A stretch of DNA of 58,638 nt, counting the filler, from Sphacelaria rigidula (taxonomy: Eukaryota): NCBI GenBank assembly GCA_964200075.2. It is 9 parts of 9 records of this genome, joined end to end, with 100 filler letters (N's around TTAATTAATTAA, not from the genome) between each part and the next. Parts side by side here need not be neighbours in the genome. Positions count along the whole stretch, not along the records: positions 19,582 to 26,008 come from CAXNAA020020139.1; positions 26,109 to 32,534 come from CAXNAA020020140.1; positions 32,635 to 39,060 come from CAXNAA020020141.1; 6 more parts are not named here. One strand, written 5' to 3'. How positions within the stretch are numbered: position 1 is the first letter of the stretch; every line of letters starts with the position of its first letter. Made by a program: the position numbers and the translations under genes. This document shows positions 25,410 through 38,535 of this stretch, in pieces. Under the pieces are notes generated by a model that was given only the letters and a program-made list of their open reading frames with translations, ran no database searches and was not told the DNA's origin.

Positions 25410-26275
25410 CTGCGACCCGTATTTTTGTTGTTGCGTGCATACGAGAGCAACAGACGCGTGCGCATCGAGATAAAGTCACCGGGGCATATGCATGAGGTTT
25501 ACCCTGTACCACACGCATGCATACGCTGTACACCGATAGACCACGAGACGGACGCCTCACATATAAAACACGGTTTACGCTTAATAAACGCCTGCAATTA
25601 GGTTGATTTCCGTGTGCAGTGCAAACGCACCTACGGAGCCATGAGGAGCAGTGTCTGCTGAGCTGCAGTGTGCAAACGAGCCATCGGCGGCACAGAAAAT
25701 AAAACCAGCGAGCGAACAAAACATTGAGAAAAAACGGTCGCCGGAAGTGAACTGCCTTTGACACAGAGTGCGCTTGTAACCCGTAATCTCAAGAAGAGGG
25801 CCATTCTGTACTTCCACCGTTGAACAAAAGACACAAGAGACACAAGAGAGACACTAGTTTCTTCTCTGCCAGCCCAGCACCAAACTCGATGGGACAAAAT
25901 TGCACCCACGAAGGATAAGCGAACACGCAAGAAATAATTTGAGGGAAAAAAAAAAAAAACATCCACCAGACGAGGCAATACAGGGTCCACCCCCCCCCAC
26001 TACTTGTGNNNNNNNNNNNNNNNNNNNNNNNNNNNNNNNNNNNNNNNNNNNNTTAATTAATTAANNNNNNNNNNNNNNNNNNNNNNNNNNNNNNNNNNNN
26101 NNNNNNNNGGGTTCGAGAGATCGAGCTAATGTGATGGATATAATAATAATAATAATAACTGGCTTACAGCAAGGCGATATGTCTCGTGATCTCGAACAAG
26201 CATCCACTTGAGTTAACTTGTGCACATACGAATACGTGGTGACTACTGTAATATACACCATGTTGTTTGTGCACT

Positions 26276-26533
26276 GGCACTTTCTACGATAGCCCCCCCC
26301 CCAAACCAGCCCAAAGGTGTCACGAAAAAAATGGCCATACAGCGCCTGATGTTTGGGTTCAGGCTGCATGAAGCGCCTCGAATTGGCAATATTGGCGAGA
26401 ACGAGCCCAAGCGTGGGAATCCCCAGCTGCTCGTTGTGCTCGGCTTTTCCCATTCCGACTTACGTCAAGATTTTGCCTCCCAAAACCATGCACATTTTTT
26501 TTTTGGGGGGGGGGGGCTATCGTAGGAAGTGTC
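26276..26533. mobile_element. MITE with TIRs and 3-bp TSD (ACT)
   Basis: act|GGCACTTTCTACGATAGCCCCCCCCCAAA ... TTTGGGGGGGGGGGGCTATCGTAGGAAGTGTC|act. Related copies at ~43147-43310, ~30436-30670 and ~19680. Confidence 0.8.
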
Positions 26534-26999
26534 ACTGAAATTTATTATAATATCATGTCGACCATATTTCACACACTGACGTTCCGTTCATGAATCAGGC
26601 ATCCGTACTGTATTGTCTCATCGCTGTTCAGCAACGAATCAGCAAAAAGCATAGCAAGAGAGAATACGTCCGACGTAGTACAGTTCACACGGAACGGCAA
26701 GGATCTTGATCACAGCTTCAGAAGCGATTCAGTTTCTCTTTTCTTCTTGATGGCGTTTATCTTTGCACTCAGAAAGGAGTGAACACCAGGGTTTTTAGTA
26801 TCCAACTGAATTCCGACCGAAGCCAACCGTATACAAAGAGGCATGTTTATGCATTCCGTCTCCCACGGATGCAAACATCCTCACCCCTGACTGCGGTACT
26901 CGCCAGTTCCTGCAGTCAGCCCTCCAGGACTTTCAACCTTCGGATCGACGGGTCCATCATCGTATTGCCCTACCACCACTTACGCCGCGATCCATAGCA

Positions 27000-27985
27000 G
27001 TAGTACTCGTCGTTTTTGAGCATCGAAGTATTTCTGAGCTGCTGCCATCTGTACTGCTTCTAGCGTTTCCACCAACTTCACGTTCTCCTCTCATACTTCT
27101 CCTGCATATTCATCAGGATACATATCTTAATCCTAGCGTTTAGGTGCGAGTCAGAGAGGATCTCGTCCATCCTTCCTATCTGTACCTTACCCTTTTTTAT
27201 TACTTTATTTATGTGTGCGTCCCAAGAACAGTGTTTTGAAATCCCTACGCCAAAGGATGCATACTCGTCTACGATCAGCAGTTCCTCTTCTCCCCACTTC
27301 CACTTCGACTCCACCGGATGTGAACACTTTTGGCGCATTCTATTATCTTATTCACCATTAGCAACACCTTTTCTCCGATCCCAGTTTTCCACAACGTTTT
27401 CCACAGCCCATTTCTCCATACTGTCGTAAGCCTTTTGCATGTTGTCTAGAAAGAAACAATACGTTGTCAACTCGGCACTTTCCTACCTTGAATGATCTCA
27501 CCTAGTGTGTTCACATGATCTGCGCAACTACGGTTTGGTCTGAAATCTGCTTGTCCTCGCGGATTTTCTCCTATTTCTAGCATCGTTCCTACTCTATAAT
27601 TTAGAATCTTACGGAAAGTTTTCCCTACTGTGCTGAGTAACGTTATCCCTTTATAGTTCCCTGGGTCAGCCTTGTCTCCCTGTTTGAAAAGGTTGACGAC
27701 CACTCCTTCCCTCCATCTCTTGGGCGCGTACTGGTTTTCCCATATCCAGTTATGCATCGTAACCATCATGGTAATCATTCCTCCCCCCGTGCTTTATAAA
27801 TGAATTCACTATCCTGCCTGCCCTTGCTGCCTTTTGTTCTTGAGCTTAGCCGCGCACTTCTTTGCTTCATCTCTGGTAAAACCTCTCTGCAATTCTTTCG
27901 AGCCCCCATCCTGCCGTTTTGACGCCTCTACATTTGCCTCTGCCCACTCGTTGATCTCTTTTTCGAATTCCGTGTCGAACTCGCC
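27000..27985 (-). mobile_element. Degenerate LINE reverse transcriptase fragment
   Basis: PKRWREGVVVNLFKQGDKADPGNYKGITLLSTVGKTF and QADFRPNRSCADHVNTL (RT domains 0-2), then WKWGEEELLIVDEYASFGVGISKHCSWDAHINKV; internal deletion and frameshifts. Confidence 0.9.
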
Positions 27986-29299
27986 ACATGCCGTATGATG
28001 TTAATAATACAATAATGAGCGCGGTACAACGCCTCGCGGAACCCAGGATCTACTAGCAGACCCGCACATCCTGAAATATCTCGCTAAGCTTCTGAGCCCC
28101 ATGACATTTGCGGTGGAGCTGGAATTGCGGTAAGATAAGTTACGGTTCGTGCAGTACACTGGTAAAGCTAACTATATATCCGGGATGTACGGAGCGCATA
28201 ATAAAAAACCATTCTTCTCAGGAACCATCAACAATACAAATATCATCACCGTCTCTCGCTTTCTACGTGGTTCACCTAAAAGCTACCAACACCAACTCTG
28301 CAACACACCAGGGTGTACACAGCAAAATTCCTGACAGGTTTACCAGCCCTGTGTCTCCGTACGGTGAGAAGCGTGGGACGATATCGTACTCGTTGGATCG
28401 CCCGGTTTGAGTCACTCTCGGGCCTCGGTTCAAGCCCGACCACTTTCGATCTTGTTGTGTACCAGGGAGGTCTAAAGCCCCCATCCGTGCTTTTAGAATA
28501 TGTCCCGACTTGATCCTTGTGCATGTGCACGTGTACAGATGCATGTACAATGTGGTGGATATTGAATACCGATCGATATATGGTCCACTACAAGGCTTGT
28601 CCAATCAGGCGTAGGGGACTGTGTCATGATATTTGTACCGCATATGTCACGAGACACCCACGGCGTCACCTTTACTTTTGGGACATATTTGGGGACTACA
28701 TAAGCAGCTCTGGTGGAGCATGCGTGTGGAGTGTGTGTAATTGGTGAGTGAAGAGTGTAAGAGAGATTGTTACAAGAAAAGAGTACACTTTCCTCTCTGT
28801 CAAGAGTACCTGGTGCAAGTGACAATCAATTACGCTAGCGGGAAGAGACCTTCGCAGCACGTTTGACAAGCGTTGATTAAAATCAGGAGGGCATTCGAAG
28901 GAATACCTCACGTGAAGCATTGAGTACAGGCTACAAGAATCAGGGACACATTTGAGAAGAATTGAGTACAGGCAATAAGCCTCAGAGAGACATTTGAGCA
29001 ATGGCTACCCAAAAGGATGTGAACCCTGAAGAGATGTTCACCAATAATTTACGGCTATTGGAAGCTAAGCAGAAATAGTTGATAGAAACTGCGAAACAGT
29101 AGACGAGACGAGACGCAACTGCGGCTTATGAAAGACAGAGAGTTGCGCATTTTGACAGCAGTGGTACACAGAACAATCCGTTGGATACTGATACAGCGAG
29201 CAGAGGTCGATTGGGTAACCCGCGGGTTTTCCATGAGACTAGGCACGATATCTACATGGAGCAACATAGAGCACAAGCAAGTATAGGCAGGGTACGTAA

Positions 29300-30120
29300 T
29301 CGCATTAGTATTCCCCCTTGGGATGGCTCTGTAAAGACTGAGGACTCTTGAGGCCAAGTTCCGCGTATTCGAATTTCAGATGACTACTTATTTCCGCCAG
29401 GGGAGATGTTACGATTCGCTTTTCAGTGAAACGCCGATTAAAGTATTCACCGAGTTGGAGCATACACTGCGAAGGCAGTTCAGCAGTGTGGCAGGAGCAG
29501 ACATAGCATAGAGAGCTTGGGACATCATCGTGGAAACAATCACCATACCGGAACTAGTTGAACATCTGGTAGTGTATGAGAGCCAAAGCGAAGCGTGGGA
29601 GTATTGAGTACACTACTCTAACGTATCCCTCTGGCACTCAAGGCCCGTCTCGAGCAGGGATGGTAGACTCTTGGGGTGGATCTGCGCGGGTCATCTTTAG
29701 TCCCCCTGCGCAGGGCTGACCTGATCAGACACAAGAGACAGGCTTTCGCTTTTGTTTTGACCGATTCGGATGCCAGTCGTCATACTTTCATCAGATTATG
29801 ACATCTAGTGCAGTGCGCTTCTGGCAATGCCAGAGATCGACACTGAAACCTTTCAACGTACTATAAAAATGCGCATGCTGAGTTGGAGTTGGCAAGGAGC
29901 AGGGTAGGATCGTCATTGAATCATAATCTAGCCGCTGCAGGACAGCGAAATGGCGAGGGGGGGGCAAAGCGCGCAACCACCTCGTCAACCCCCCCCCAAT
30001 CGCACTACAACTGTCCCAAGTCCTTCCGCCAGCATTGTGACTATTGTTGCGATCGTGGGGGTTCACATACCCCAAATCATCCCGACAGCCACACATTATG
30101 ACGAGCATAATCAAGGTATG
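29300..30120 (+). mobile_element. Copia-type gag relic
   Basis: Broken frames read FRVFEFQMTTYFRQ...RAWDIIVETITIPELVEHLVVYESQSEAWEY*VHY...LKARLEQGW, resembling Copia gag helices, followed by a Cys/His-rich stretch (HYNCPKSFRQHCDYC). Many stops. Confidence 0.5.
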
Positions 30121-30434
30121 GTGGATGTGACGGAGATAGGATAAGCAGTCGTTCCTCTACATTATCCCAACCACGTCGATTCCGCGGTGCGGCACAGCAA
30201 TCACATCACACTTCAGAGCAGGATCGGTATTGCAGTCCCGATCCATGCCGTGAATACTGTGAGAGGGGTAGGAATACTCCAAGGAACTACAATCGAAGAA
30301 GTGTTCATCGCCGAATAGTAGATCGAGATTCCAGAGTCCAACCCACACCCACTCTTCGGCAGAGCGCTCTTCATTGCATCACGGGGGGTACCACCCCCAT
30401 CAAAAGTCCTCTCCAAGAACTCATATCGGACTAA

Positions 30435-30671
30435 TGCCGAGATAGCCCCCCCACGAAAAGTGCATCGGAGACCGTCCGACAAACCGGCTACGATCCCACT
30501 TTTGGGCTCATTTGCCGATATTCCACCCACATGAGAGGCGTGTAGCAGTCCAAAATAAGCTTTTACGCCCGAATGAGTCGCGTCGTGCAGCCCAATACCA
30601 ACTCTGACGGCATTTATGCTCATCGCCTCCGTGCACTTTTTTGGCCGGTTCGGGGGGGGGCTATCTCGGCA
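30435..30671. mobile_element. MITE related to the 26276 family
   Basis: TIRs TGCCGAGATAGCCCCCCC ... GGGGGGGGCTATCTCGGCA; internal sequence resembles 26300-26420 in inverted orientation. Confidence 0.7.
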
Positions 30672-31475
30672 GCAGTCATCGGTACATGTCCCCATGCCAA
30701 CTCGGTACAACAGTACGAAGGTTATGCCGACGGAGTTAAATTCACGTACAACGACGTGAATGCTTTCGATGGCAACTGGTATGCTTGTTACGCTCATTAT
30801 CCTCCCTCAACATAACATCAACCACTGCAACTTCCGTACTCACCAAATTATCCACAACATACATACCTACCTCCATTCAACTACCACTCTACCCAAATCA
30901 CCCACCAGCCTACCATTACTGCATCACACAACAGCATTACCAACAAGCCGCAGCCCCCCCCACTGCTCCAGCACCTACTGCCGATGGATCTCAACAGCCG
31001 GAGCATCTGCAGTTATGCATGGCGCTTTCCATGCCCGAGGGCGAGTTTCGTTTTCGGCTTGGTATTTTTTATTTGCGTTGGTGTGCCTTGTTGACTTGGC
31101 AGGATCTATCGAGTACGGGTGACGAAAAAGAGGAGTGAATCACAGATACCGGTGCCTCGAACCGTGTTGGGAAACATGCAAAATGTTTTTGATTCATAAC
31201 CTCCGCCTCACGATATCGAGAACGCTATTATGGTGACGGAACCTCATTTTCAGTCAACACACGTGTACAGATAGCGCGCTGTAGGACGTGCTGCACAGGG
31301 TTCGTCGCAGTCTTCGTGAAAATCCCTGTACAGCATTTGCAAACCCTCGCACCTTTTACCAGCATTTTGTGTAGCATTTTTCTCGAGATCCTGTAAGCAA
31401 CCCTGTGAAGAGGCACTCCCAATTTGAAAATTCCAAATTATTTTGTCACAGAACCTGTGAATTTATTTATGCAGA

Positions 31476-31915
31476 GAAGCTGTTCGAAATTCATCTCTTG
31501 CCCAATTTCCAATTATTGGGCAATCGGGCAAAAAGAGGATTTATTTCGGACAGCAGATGAAGCTGTTCAAAATAGATCCCTTCTTTGCCCAATAAATGGG
31601 TAATTCGGCAAAAAGAGGATTTATTCTGAACGGCTTCATCTGGTCCACAAACCCTGTACACACTGGCAGATTTGAAATGTGCACCGGAGAAGAAGCTCGA
31701 AATACATCCTCACTTTGCCCGCTAATTCATCCGGAAATTGGGCAAAAAGATAACTTATTGCGAACAGCCTCAACTGCGCAAGTTCCGCACAGTGCACCGT
31801 AATCAGCGGATGGGACCCGAGATGTAGCAAATGATTGTTGAAAATAATTCATCCTCTTGGCCCCCAATTAATATATCAATTGGGCTGAAGTATAGAATTC
31901 TCAACAGCTTTTGCT
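31476..31915. repeat. Cluster of four related ~80-90-nt palindromic (hairpin) units
   Basis: Units at ~31476-31554, 31556-31640, 31691-31771 and 31826-31915 share arms like AGCTGTTC..AAT..ATCC..TTTGCCC / GGGCAAAAAGAGGATTTAT..GAAC.GCT. Confidence 0.75.
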
Positions 31916-33036
31916 GAATACAAATCTCAAACACTGTTTACGAGTGTATGTCCACACGCCGGAGCTTAGATACGATGCTTCGGCTTCAGGCGTGGATGCT
32001 GCAATGAAGGCGTATACCTCGCATATGTATCCAAACAGTTCATAAAAAAACATATTTTCAATGTCTACCAATAAGACAAGTCAAATAATATTTAGAAAAA
32101 AATCACTCATTTGATCATGCTTTTGGTTATGGAGGTTTTTCCTTGATATTTATTAGAGGCACAAATATTTGCACATCGTTAATAACGAACCATGATTGGC
32201 TCAGTGTATATCTTGAAGCATTCCTGAGCACAAACTGGTGAGTTCAATACCTACTGCTGTTATATCTAGACCTTTTTTCTCTGTCAGTACAATACCCATG
32301 CTGTAAGGTGGAGTATATTGTATGTGCGCTATAAATACTGTACAGTATATTAACAATAATGAACAGTTCTCGGGGTGACGAAACTCTGTGAAGCGTACTG
32401 TGCGCGCTGGAAAAACCCCTACAGCCGAACCCCGCGAGAAACACTGCACAGAGTCCCTGAAACCCTGTGAAGCGTCCTGTGTGGCGAGTCATCCTACGAT
32501 AGAGGGGGGGGGTATTTGGTTGCACGAAAAAAGANNNNNNNNNNNNNNNNNNNNNNNNNNNNNNNNNNNNNNNNNNNNTTAATTAATTAANNNNNNNNNN
32601 NNNNNNNNNNNNNNNNNNNNNNNNNNNNNNNNNNGTGGGGAAAGCACTGTTTTAGGCTTGAACCTCATCTGGGAGTTAAACCTCAATTCGCACAATTTGT
32701 TGTTATTTCACTCTGACTTCGGCACTGTGTTCCGACGATGATCCGTTCATTGCGCCAAAATCTAGGCACGCTGGCAATTTCGACTTGTATCGAAGAGTAG
32801 TACGCGAAAAAACCCTGGGACACCCCAAGACTGTTGCACCACCCAGTACTACATGCAACATTTCAACGCGAAATATGGGAATGTCGGCAGGACGACAGAG
32901 CTTGGCGAAAGCACTTGACTTGAGGACTGGGGTTTGTTCGCCGTTACTGGTTACAAATGTGAAGTGGGTCTGCTATCGCGCCGACATGTCTGAGAAAATG
33001 AACGGGCAACAAATATGTACAGAGTGTTGGCTTTAG

Positions 33037-34980
33037 GGGTCAGTCCAACCTGGGAAGTGGGCACGGCAACGGGAGGGGGCGTCTGACAATGCTCCAATGC
33101 GTGCGCTTCGCAGGTGGCAGCAGCAAATTGGGGGGTTCGAATCGGTGTGCGACTGACTGGCGGTCGGACGAAGAGGACTCGGACTCAGGTGCAGGGCATG
33201 TGCCGCTACTGGGATCGGTTGGCATCCAGCTTACGTGGGGAGGGTGTACGTCCGGCTGTACGGGTGTGCAACACTAACGGTAGTTACCGATTTACCCCTG
33301 CCTGTTCGATTGGGGCCAAAAACGTAATCGCGGGATTGAGAGTAGAGCGCGGATCGAGAGTGGCTTTGATCATTCGCTTTTACTTAGCCAATCTTTCGTT
33401 CGTGTGTACTCTCCTTTATGTCCATCACTGCCGTGTGCTTACAGCTACACGCCGCGATATCCTACTCAAGGATTTCAAGCGCGTCGGTGGCAAGCTACTA
33501 CAGGAAGACTATCGGACCTCGTGGAGGGGCATTTTGGAACTGAAACGATTCACTCACTGATTCACCGCTTTTCACTCTCAATCGTACTTTGAAGCATACA
33601 TATGTCGATTGGCGCCCGATAACACGGAATATGGCCAATGAAATGGGCTTCACCGCTACGCGACCCCTTCTCCCAATGTCCTCACCGTGTTGGCGGTGAA
33701 ACCAGATGGTAGCGCGGCAGACAGTGAGGAGGAGTCGGATGCAGAGAGCTTGCCGGAGCCCGGGGACTTCTGAGCGGACAAAAGCAACCACGTGCAGCGT
33801 AGCGGTGAGCACTCGATGCTTTCTGCTTTTTGCAACATGTATACGGAGCTAGAATGGAATCAACGTACATGCTGGGAGCGCGACGCCACAGAGCATACCC
33901 CGATGAATCACAGGCCGTGTCCGCATCACCCGGCATACAATAATCGAGGATTGCGTCCTGTTCCCCACCTGCTTCTTGGAATAACTGCCGCCCGTAGGAC
34001 TCCCGGATGCTGTCGAGGCGTTAATATTTTTGGATGCAACAAAGAAAATCACGGTGGAAAAATCAGCACCAGTACCGTTTTTGTTTGCGTTATCACCACC
34101 AGTAGTATTTCCGCGCTTCATGCGCTTGTCTCCAAATTGTGGTCACAGGCGTATGGCGTTATGTCCATATCATGCCCCGGCACCCATGGCAAGGGATGAC
34201 ACTGGCGGAGTATATTCATAGACTCCGATGCACCTCAAAATGAAAACATGCGAGCAGAAAATGAAATGAAGATGATGGCCGTCAACATACAGAGGGAGGC
34301 GCATCCCCCCGCGGTCATCTCTCTGACGTATCGCAGATACTAACACCTGAGTCATATTCCGATGAAGTGTAGCGGAAAATAAGGAAATCGAATAATATCT
34401 TGCGTAACTGTCGGGCAAGGGCGTGGGAGGCGAAACTCATGGACATTGTCTGGCAGGATATGGAGGCTGCACAGCAAACCGTACCCCCAACCGGATGTGA
34501 TATCATGAGCGTACCGTTTTCTGGTAACGGTACGGGACGCTTGAAGCAGTCTTGCAATTATCGGATGAGGGTATGAAAATGTTCCAGAGTTATCTGAGTT
34601 GTCGGGTACCAGTATGAAGTTGTCGGGCGCCGTAAATTGTTGTTTGATTGATCTGACTGTCGCGCTTGAAGTGACCCTCCATGCATTCGGCGGTGGTCGC
34701 ATGATGGACGCGCCGAAGCCACAAGAAAAGTCAAAATTGACCCTGAAAACCGCGAGAAACAGCAAAAACATTAGAACATGACGATAAAATAGACGGAGAC
34801 GTAAAAAATGAGTGATAAAAAATAACAAACGGTAGCACATAATAAGCGGGAAAATGCCTCGGGTACACAGAAAACCGCACGCTACTTGTAGTACAGCACG
34901 GCGACAGGAGGAGGCGCGCGCGCAAGTCGTGGAAAATCATCGCAGATGGGAGTATTTCCAAACATTCCCTACAGTAGTGA
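33037..34980 (+). pseudogene. Degenerate spliced pseudogene, possibly Ulp1/C48 peptidase-like transposon cargo
   Basis: Exon-like AG/GT-bounded segments with stops: IIEDCVLFPTCFLE*L, GVMSISCPGTHGKG*HWRSIFIDS, HSKPYPQPDVIS*AYRFLVT. Motif order is reminiscent of Ulp1 (F-x-x-x-F, HW, Q...C). Confidence 0.3.
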
Positions 34981-37044
34981 GCTTTGCGTCTGACATTGCA
35001 TCTTCATGCTGAAATATCGCCGGAATTGAAGACGCCATACCACTGTCGTGCGCTCTTGTAACTGGGACTGGCGCAGGTATGCCCGTCGGGCGGGCCCAAC
35101 GTTTTACTGGTTGTCCATGGGACAGAGGGCGCCGCAGGATGGCAGGCCGTGACCGTTGACGGGAGGAAGTGCGGGGGCGGATCAAGTGATGCTGTCGTAG
35201 TAATGCCGGTCACCCGGTAATTCTGCCGCTCAGATTCCAACATCGGGACCCGGCGGCGAGTTCACTTGACGGCCGTGCTGAATGTGTTACGGTCCGCCCG
35301 TCGACTGTGATGCCCAGCTAATTGTTGGGTGATATGGTGGTGGCGATTGGTGACGACAGACAAGGACAAATTGAGTGGAAGCGCCCAGAGTTGCGGGCCG
35401 TACGGTGCGACGGCATTTGGGCGGGGGCCAGGGTGGGTATAGGGGAGAGTTTTCATATAGCGCAATGGCGCCGCCGTGCAGGGGCGTCGTCAGTATTTTT
35501 GGCGCAGTGCTGTACGGTAACACTCATTCCAGATTGTATCAGTCATCGAGCGGTGCGATGCATTAAATTATTGCGGTACGTTTTCACTGCACGCAGCGAT
35601 TGGGAGATAAGCGCGAGGGACGGCGGGGCACGCAAAACCTCTGTCGCGTTCTGCGACATGTATGCTCGTACGGTGTGCACGGCTTGCTACCGCCAAGTGA
35701 TCGCGTGCGCGTCGACGATCCCCTCCTTTCTTTCCTCCTTCGTTCTCGTTGTATTGTTACCACTTTAATTCCATTTCTTTCAGTTTTGGTATCGCATCTG
35801 TGTGATTAATTTTTCGTACGATTGGTTATTATAATTACGTTTGTCCCATGATTGAGTTATTTGTCTCTTGTCACGGTAAGCGCGTTAGTGACATGCCCGG
35901 TAGAGAGCAATGTCCTGATGTCGGAACGGTTTAAACAATGAAAGACAACAACAACATCTACAACTGCAACTTTAACATCCAACTAGGCACATGGACCGTG
36001 CTTTCCAAACAATCCACATCCCCGCGAGTATACAAATACCCATCAAGATGTTGATCGCCACAAATATTGAGTCCCGAGCATTGGGGTTCATGATAACGCG
36101 AGAGGCCAACGTTCCCCCCGGGAGCAATGATACGGTAGGGGTGCACTTTTTACGCAGAGTCTTGTCCGCTTCAGGGGGTCCTAACGATTGTAGATGCACA
36201 AGAATATGGGTCAGGGCATCCCCGCCTGTAAATTCATTCGGGCTATCCCTAACATATTGGGAAATATTCCTGGTGTACCCTCACGTACAGGTAGCGACAT
36301 GTTAAGTAGCGACATGTTTAGAAACTCTTATTTGAAGCGAGGCTCGGGTTCATATTTCCTCCCCGATTGCTGCAGAAATGCTTAAATCCAAGTTCTTATC
36401 GTTCGAAGAGGTGCGAAAAAACGCCAGATGCTTAATTTTGAATTTCTTATTTTGCACAGGTATCCAAAACGGCATTTTTTTCCCTGAGCGCTTTTCAAGA
36501 ATCATATGTGGCACATTGTATCCATCACGCATACTGTGTTCCACCAGATTTTCATTATATGACGAAGCTCTCTAGGACTGCAGGGAGTTCATGTTGCCCA
36601 CCTCCGACGACTACAAAACTGCTGTAGCACCAAGGGTCTGTCGAGCGAAAATATTCGGACACGCAGACTCCCCCCCCCCACTCCCGGATGCCATTTTTTC
36701 GAAAATTTTCATCACTTTTTTTATTTCTTTGTCAAGTTTCTCGCAAGGAATTGATCAATAAACACTGTTTTGATTGTTTCTGTTCAATTCGTTACAGTAA
36801 ATTGATCATTAAACGCTGACAAAAACCGAAAAGTCTGCTGGGCTTTGTGGGGTTCGTTTATCTGCTTCTGCTCCTTGCCCGTTCTGTCCCGATGACCTCA
36901 GATGCCGGAGAGCATTTTCCGACAATTAAAATTGTCCTGTTTTTGTTTTTCTGTTGACTTTGTTGCAAGAAATTGATCAATGAACATTGACAAAATCCGA
37001 AGAGTTTGGTGGGCTTTGCCGGGTATATGTTCGCTTCTGCTCAT

Positions 37045-37215
37045 CTACATGTTTTTTAATATATTTATAATATATACATACATATAATATATATATAATA
37101 TATAAGGATCATATGCTATATATTTTATAGCATATATATTAATATACAATAATGTAATATAGTGTATGCTACCCCTTGATGAATATTCATATATATATAT
37201 AATTCTATGATATAC
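37045..37215. repeat. AT-rich (TA)n-like low-complexity tract
   Basis: Directly visible. Confidence 0.85.
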
Positions 37216-38093
37216 AAGGTCCCCCTTCGGCCCTTCGGGAGGTTGGTACTTGCCTCCCGGGGGTGACGCAAGTCTAGAATATACCAATGTTTTTCCTTTT
37301 TCATATTATGAAGGCGATTGTGTGGGAGAATATGTATCTTCCAGTCGATACTCGTACTGTCACATTTTGCAGTTTCGAATGTCTCAGACCAAGAGTGCCG
37401 GGAAGAGCGGTGAACACTTCCAGCATGAAGAGCACGCTTCACGGGCGGTGTGCGGAGGTGGAAAAAACACCATCACGCACGAGACACGTCACAGCACACA
37501 TCGCAAGTAATTGCTACTGAAATAAGATCGCGTCCCGGTAGAACACGGCGAACTTGTGCAGGGTTCTATAAATGCCGGCCCGACCCCGCGCGCACGGATT
37601 TCGAATCACACTTGTGTACAGTATATATGTATGATATTGCTTGCTGTCTGTGTGTACGTGGTGTACCACCCCTCGCTCTGCCACATCTAGTACAGCGGTC
37701 GGTGTCGCAGCTAAGTGTGCATTTGTCCGAGGTGGCGCACGCAAGAGTAATAGGCCGCCTCTGGTGCTGTAGTTCCTTCCTGTATCTTGAGCGGATGGTA
37801 ACATAGCCGCTATGGCGCGCAAGCCGGCTGTAACAACTCATACCGCGCGGAGATTTCTACGCTGTCTTGAAGTCATACTGCGCGCAGTTCCCACGCTTGT
37901 ACGAGTATTATGCATGTCGCAGAAGGCAATAGCTTCTACACTGTGTACAGTACATGTTTTTGAATTGTATACTGACTATAGAAAGCTCTTGTCTAGGGTG
38001 TAATACATTTCCACACTGTACATATCAGGCGGTGAGATCGTGAAATAATCAAATAATCTACAGCACATGGCCGAAGTGGAAATGAGGCAATCA

Positions 38094-38535
38094 ACACGGG
38101 ATCTTACAAATTGGGGATGGATCTTTTATTGGGGAAGGGAAACCCGGAGAATTAAAATCTTCGTAGCCACATCAAATTTTTGAAATATGATTCAATTTCT
38201 TCACCTACTGAGAGCTATTGACAATTGCTCTACGCCACAGAAGTTTGGATTTTGATCACAGAAATGTTGGGGTCCTGGGTGAAAAACCAATTATAGGGAA
38301 TTCCGGGCGTCCGAACGGACGCCAAAATGGTTTCGAAATTGGTTTTTCACCCAGGGCCCCAACATTTCTGTGATCGAAATCCATATTTCTATGACGTGTA
38401 GCAGTTGTCAATAGCTATCAGCAGGTGAAGAAATGGAACCATATTTCAAAGATTTGGGGTGGATACGAAGATTTTATTTCTCCGGGTTTCCCATCCCCAA
38501 TTACAGATCCATCCCCAATTTGTAAGATCCCGTGT
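38094..38535. mobile_element. ~440-bp foldback element (near-complete palindrome)
   Basis: ACACGGGATCTTACAAATTGGGGATGGATC... pairs with ...GATCCATCCCCAATTTGTAAGATCCCGTGT over ~200-bp arms, with an inner GGCGTCCG-AA-CGGACGCC hairpin at the centre. Confidence 0.85.

Noticed and set aside
29703..29720. CCCCTGCGCAGGGCTGAC resembles U6 snRNA (CCCCTGCGCAAGGATGAC), a Dada target
   Set aside because: Only 18 nt, no flanking U6 sequence (no ACAGAGA box), lies inside the Copia gag relic and on a different contig from the Dada gene.
37700..37880. Minus-strand PEAAYYSCVRHL resembling the MULE CxxH motif
   Set aside because: Surrounded by stops, spacing to a candidate Asp is wrong, and no other transposase motifs.
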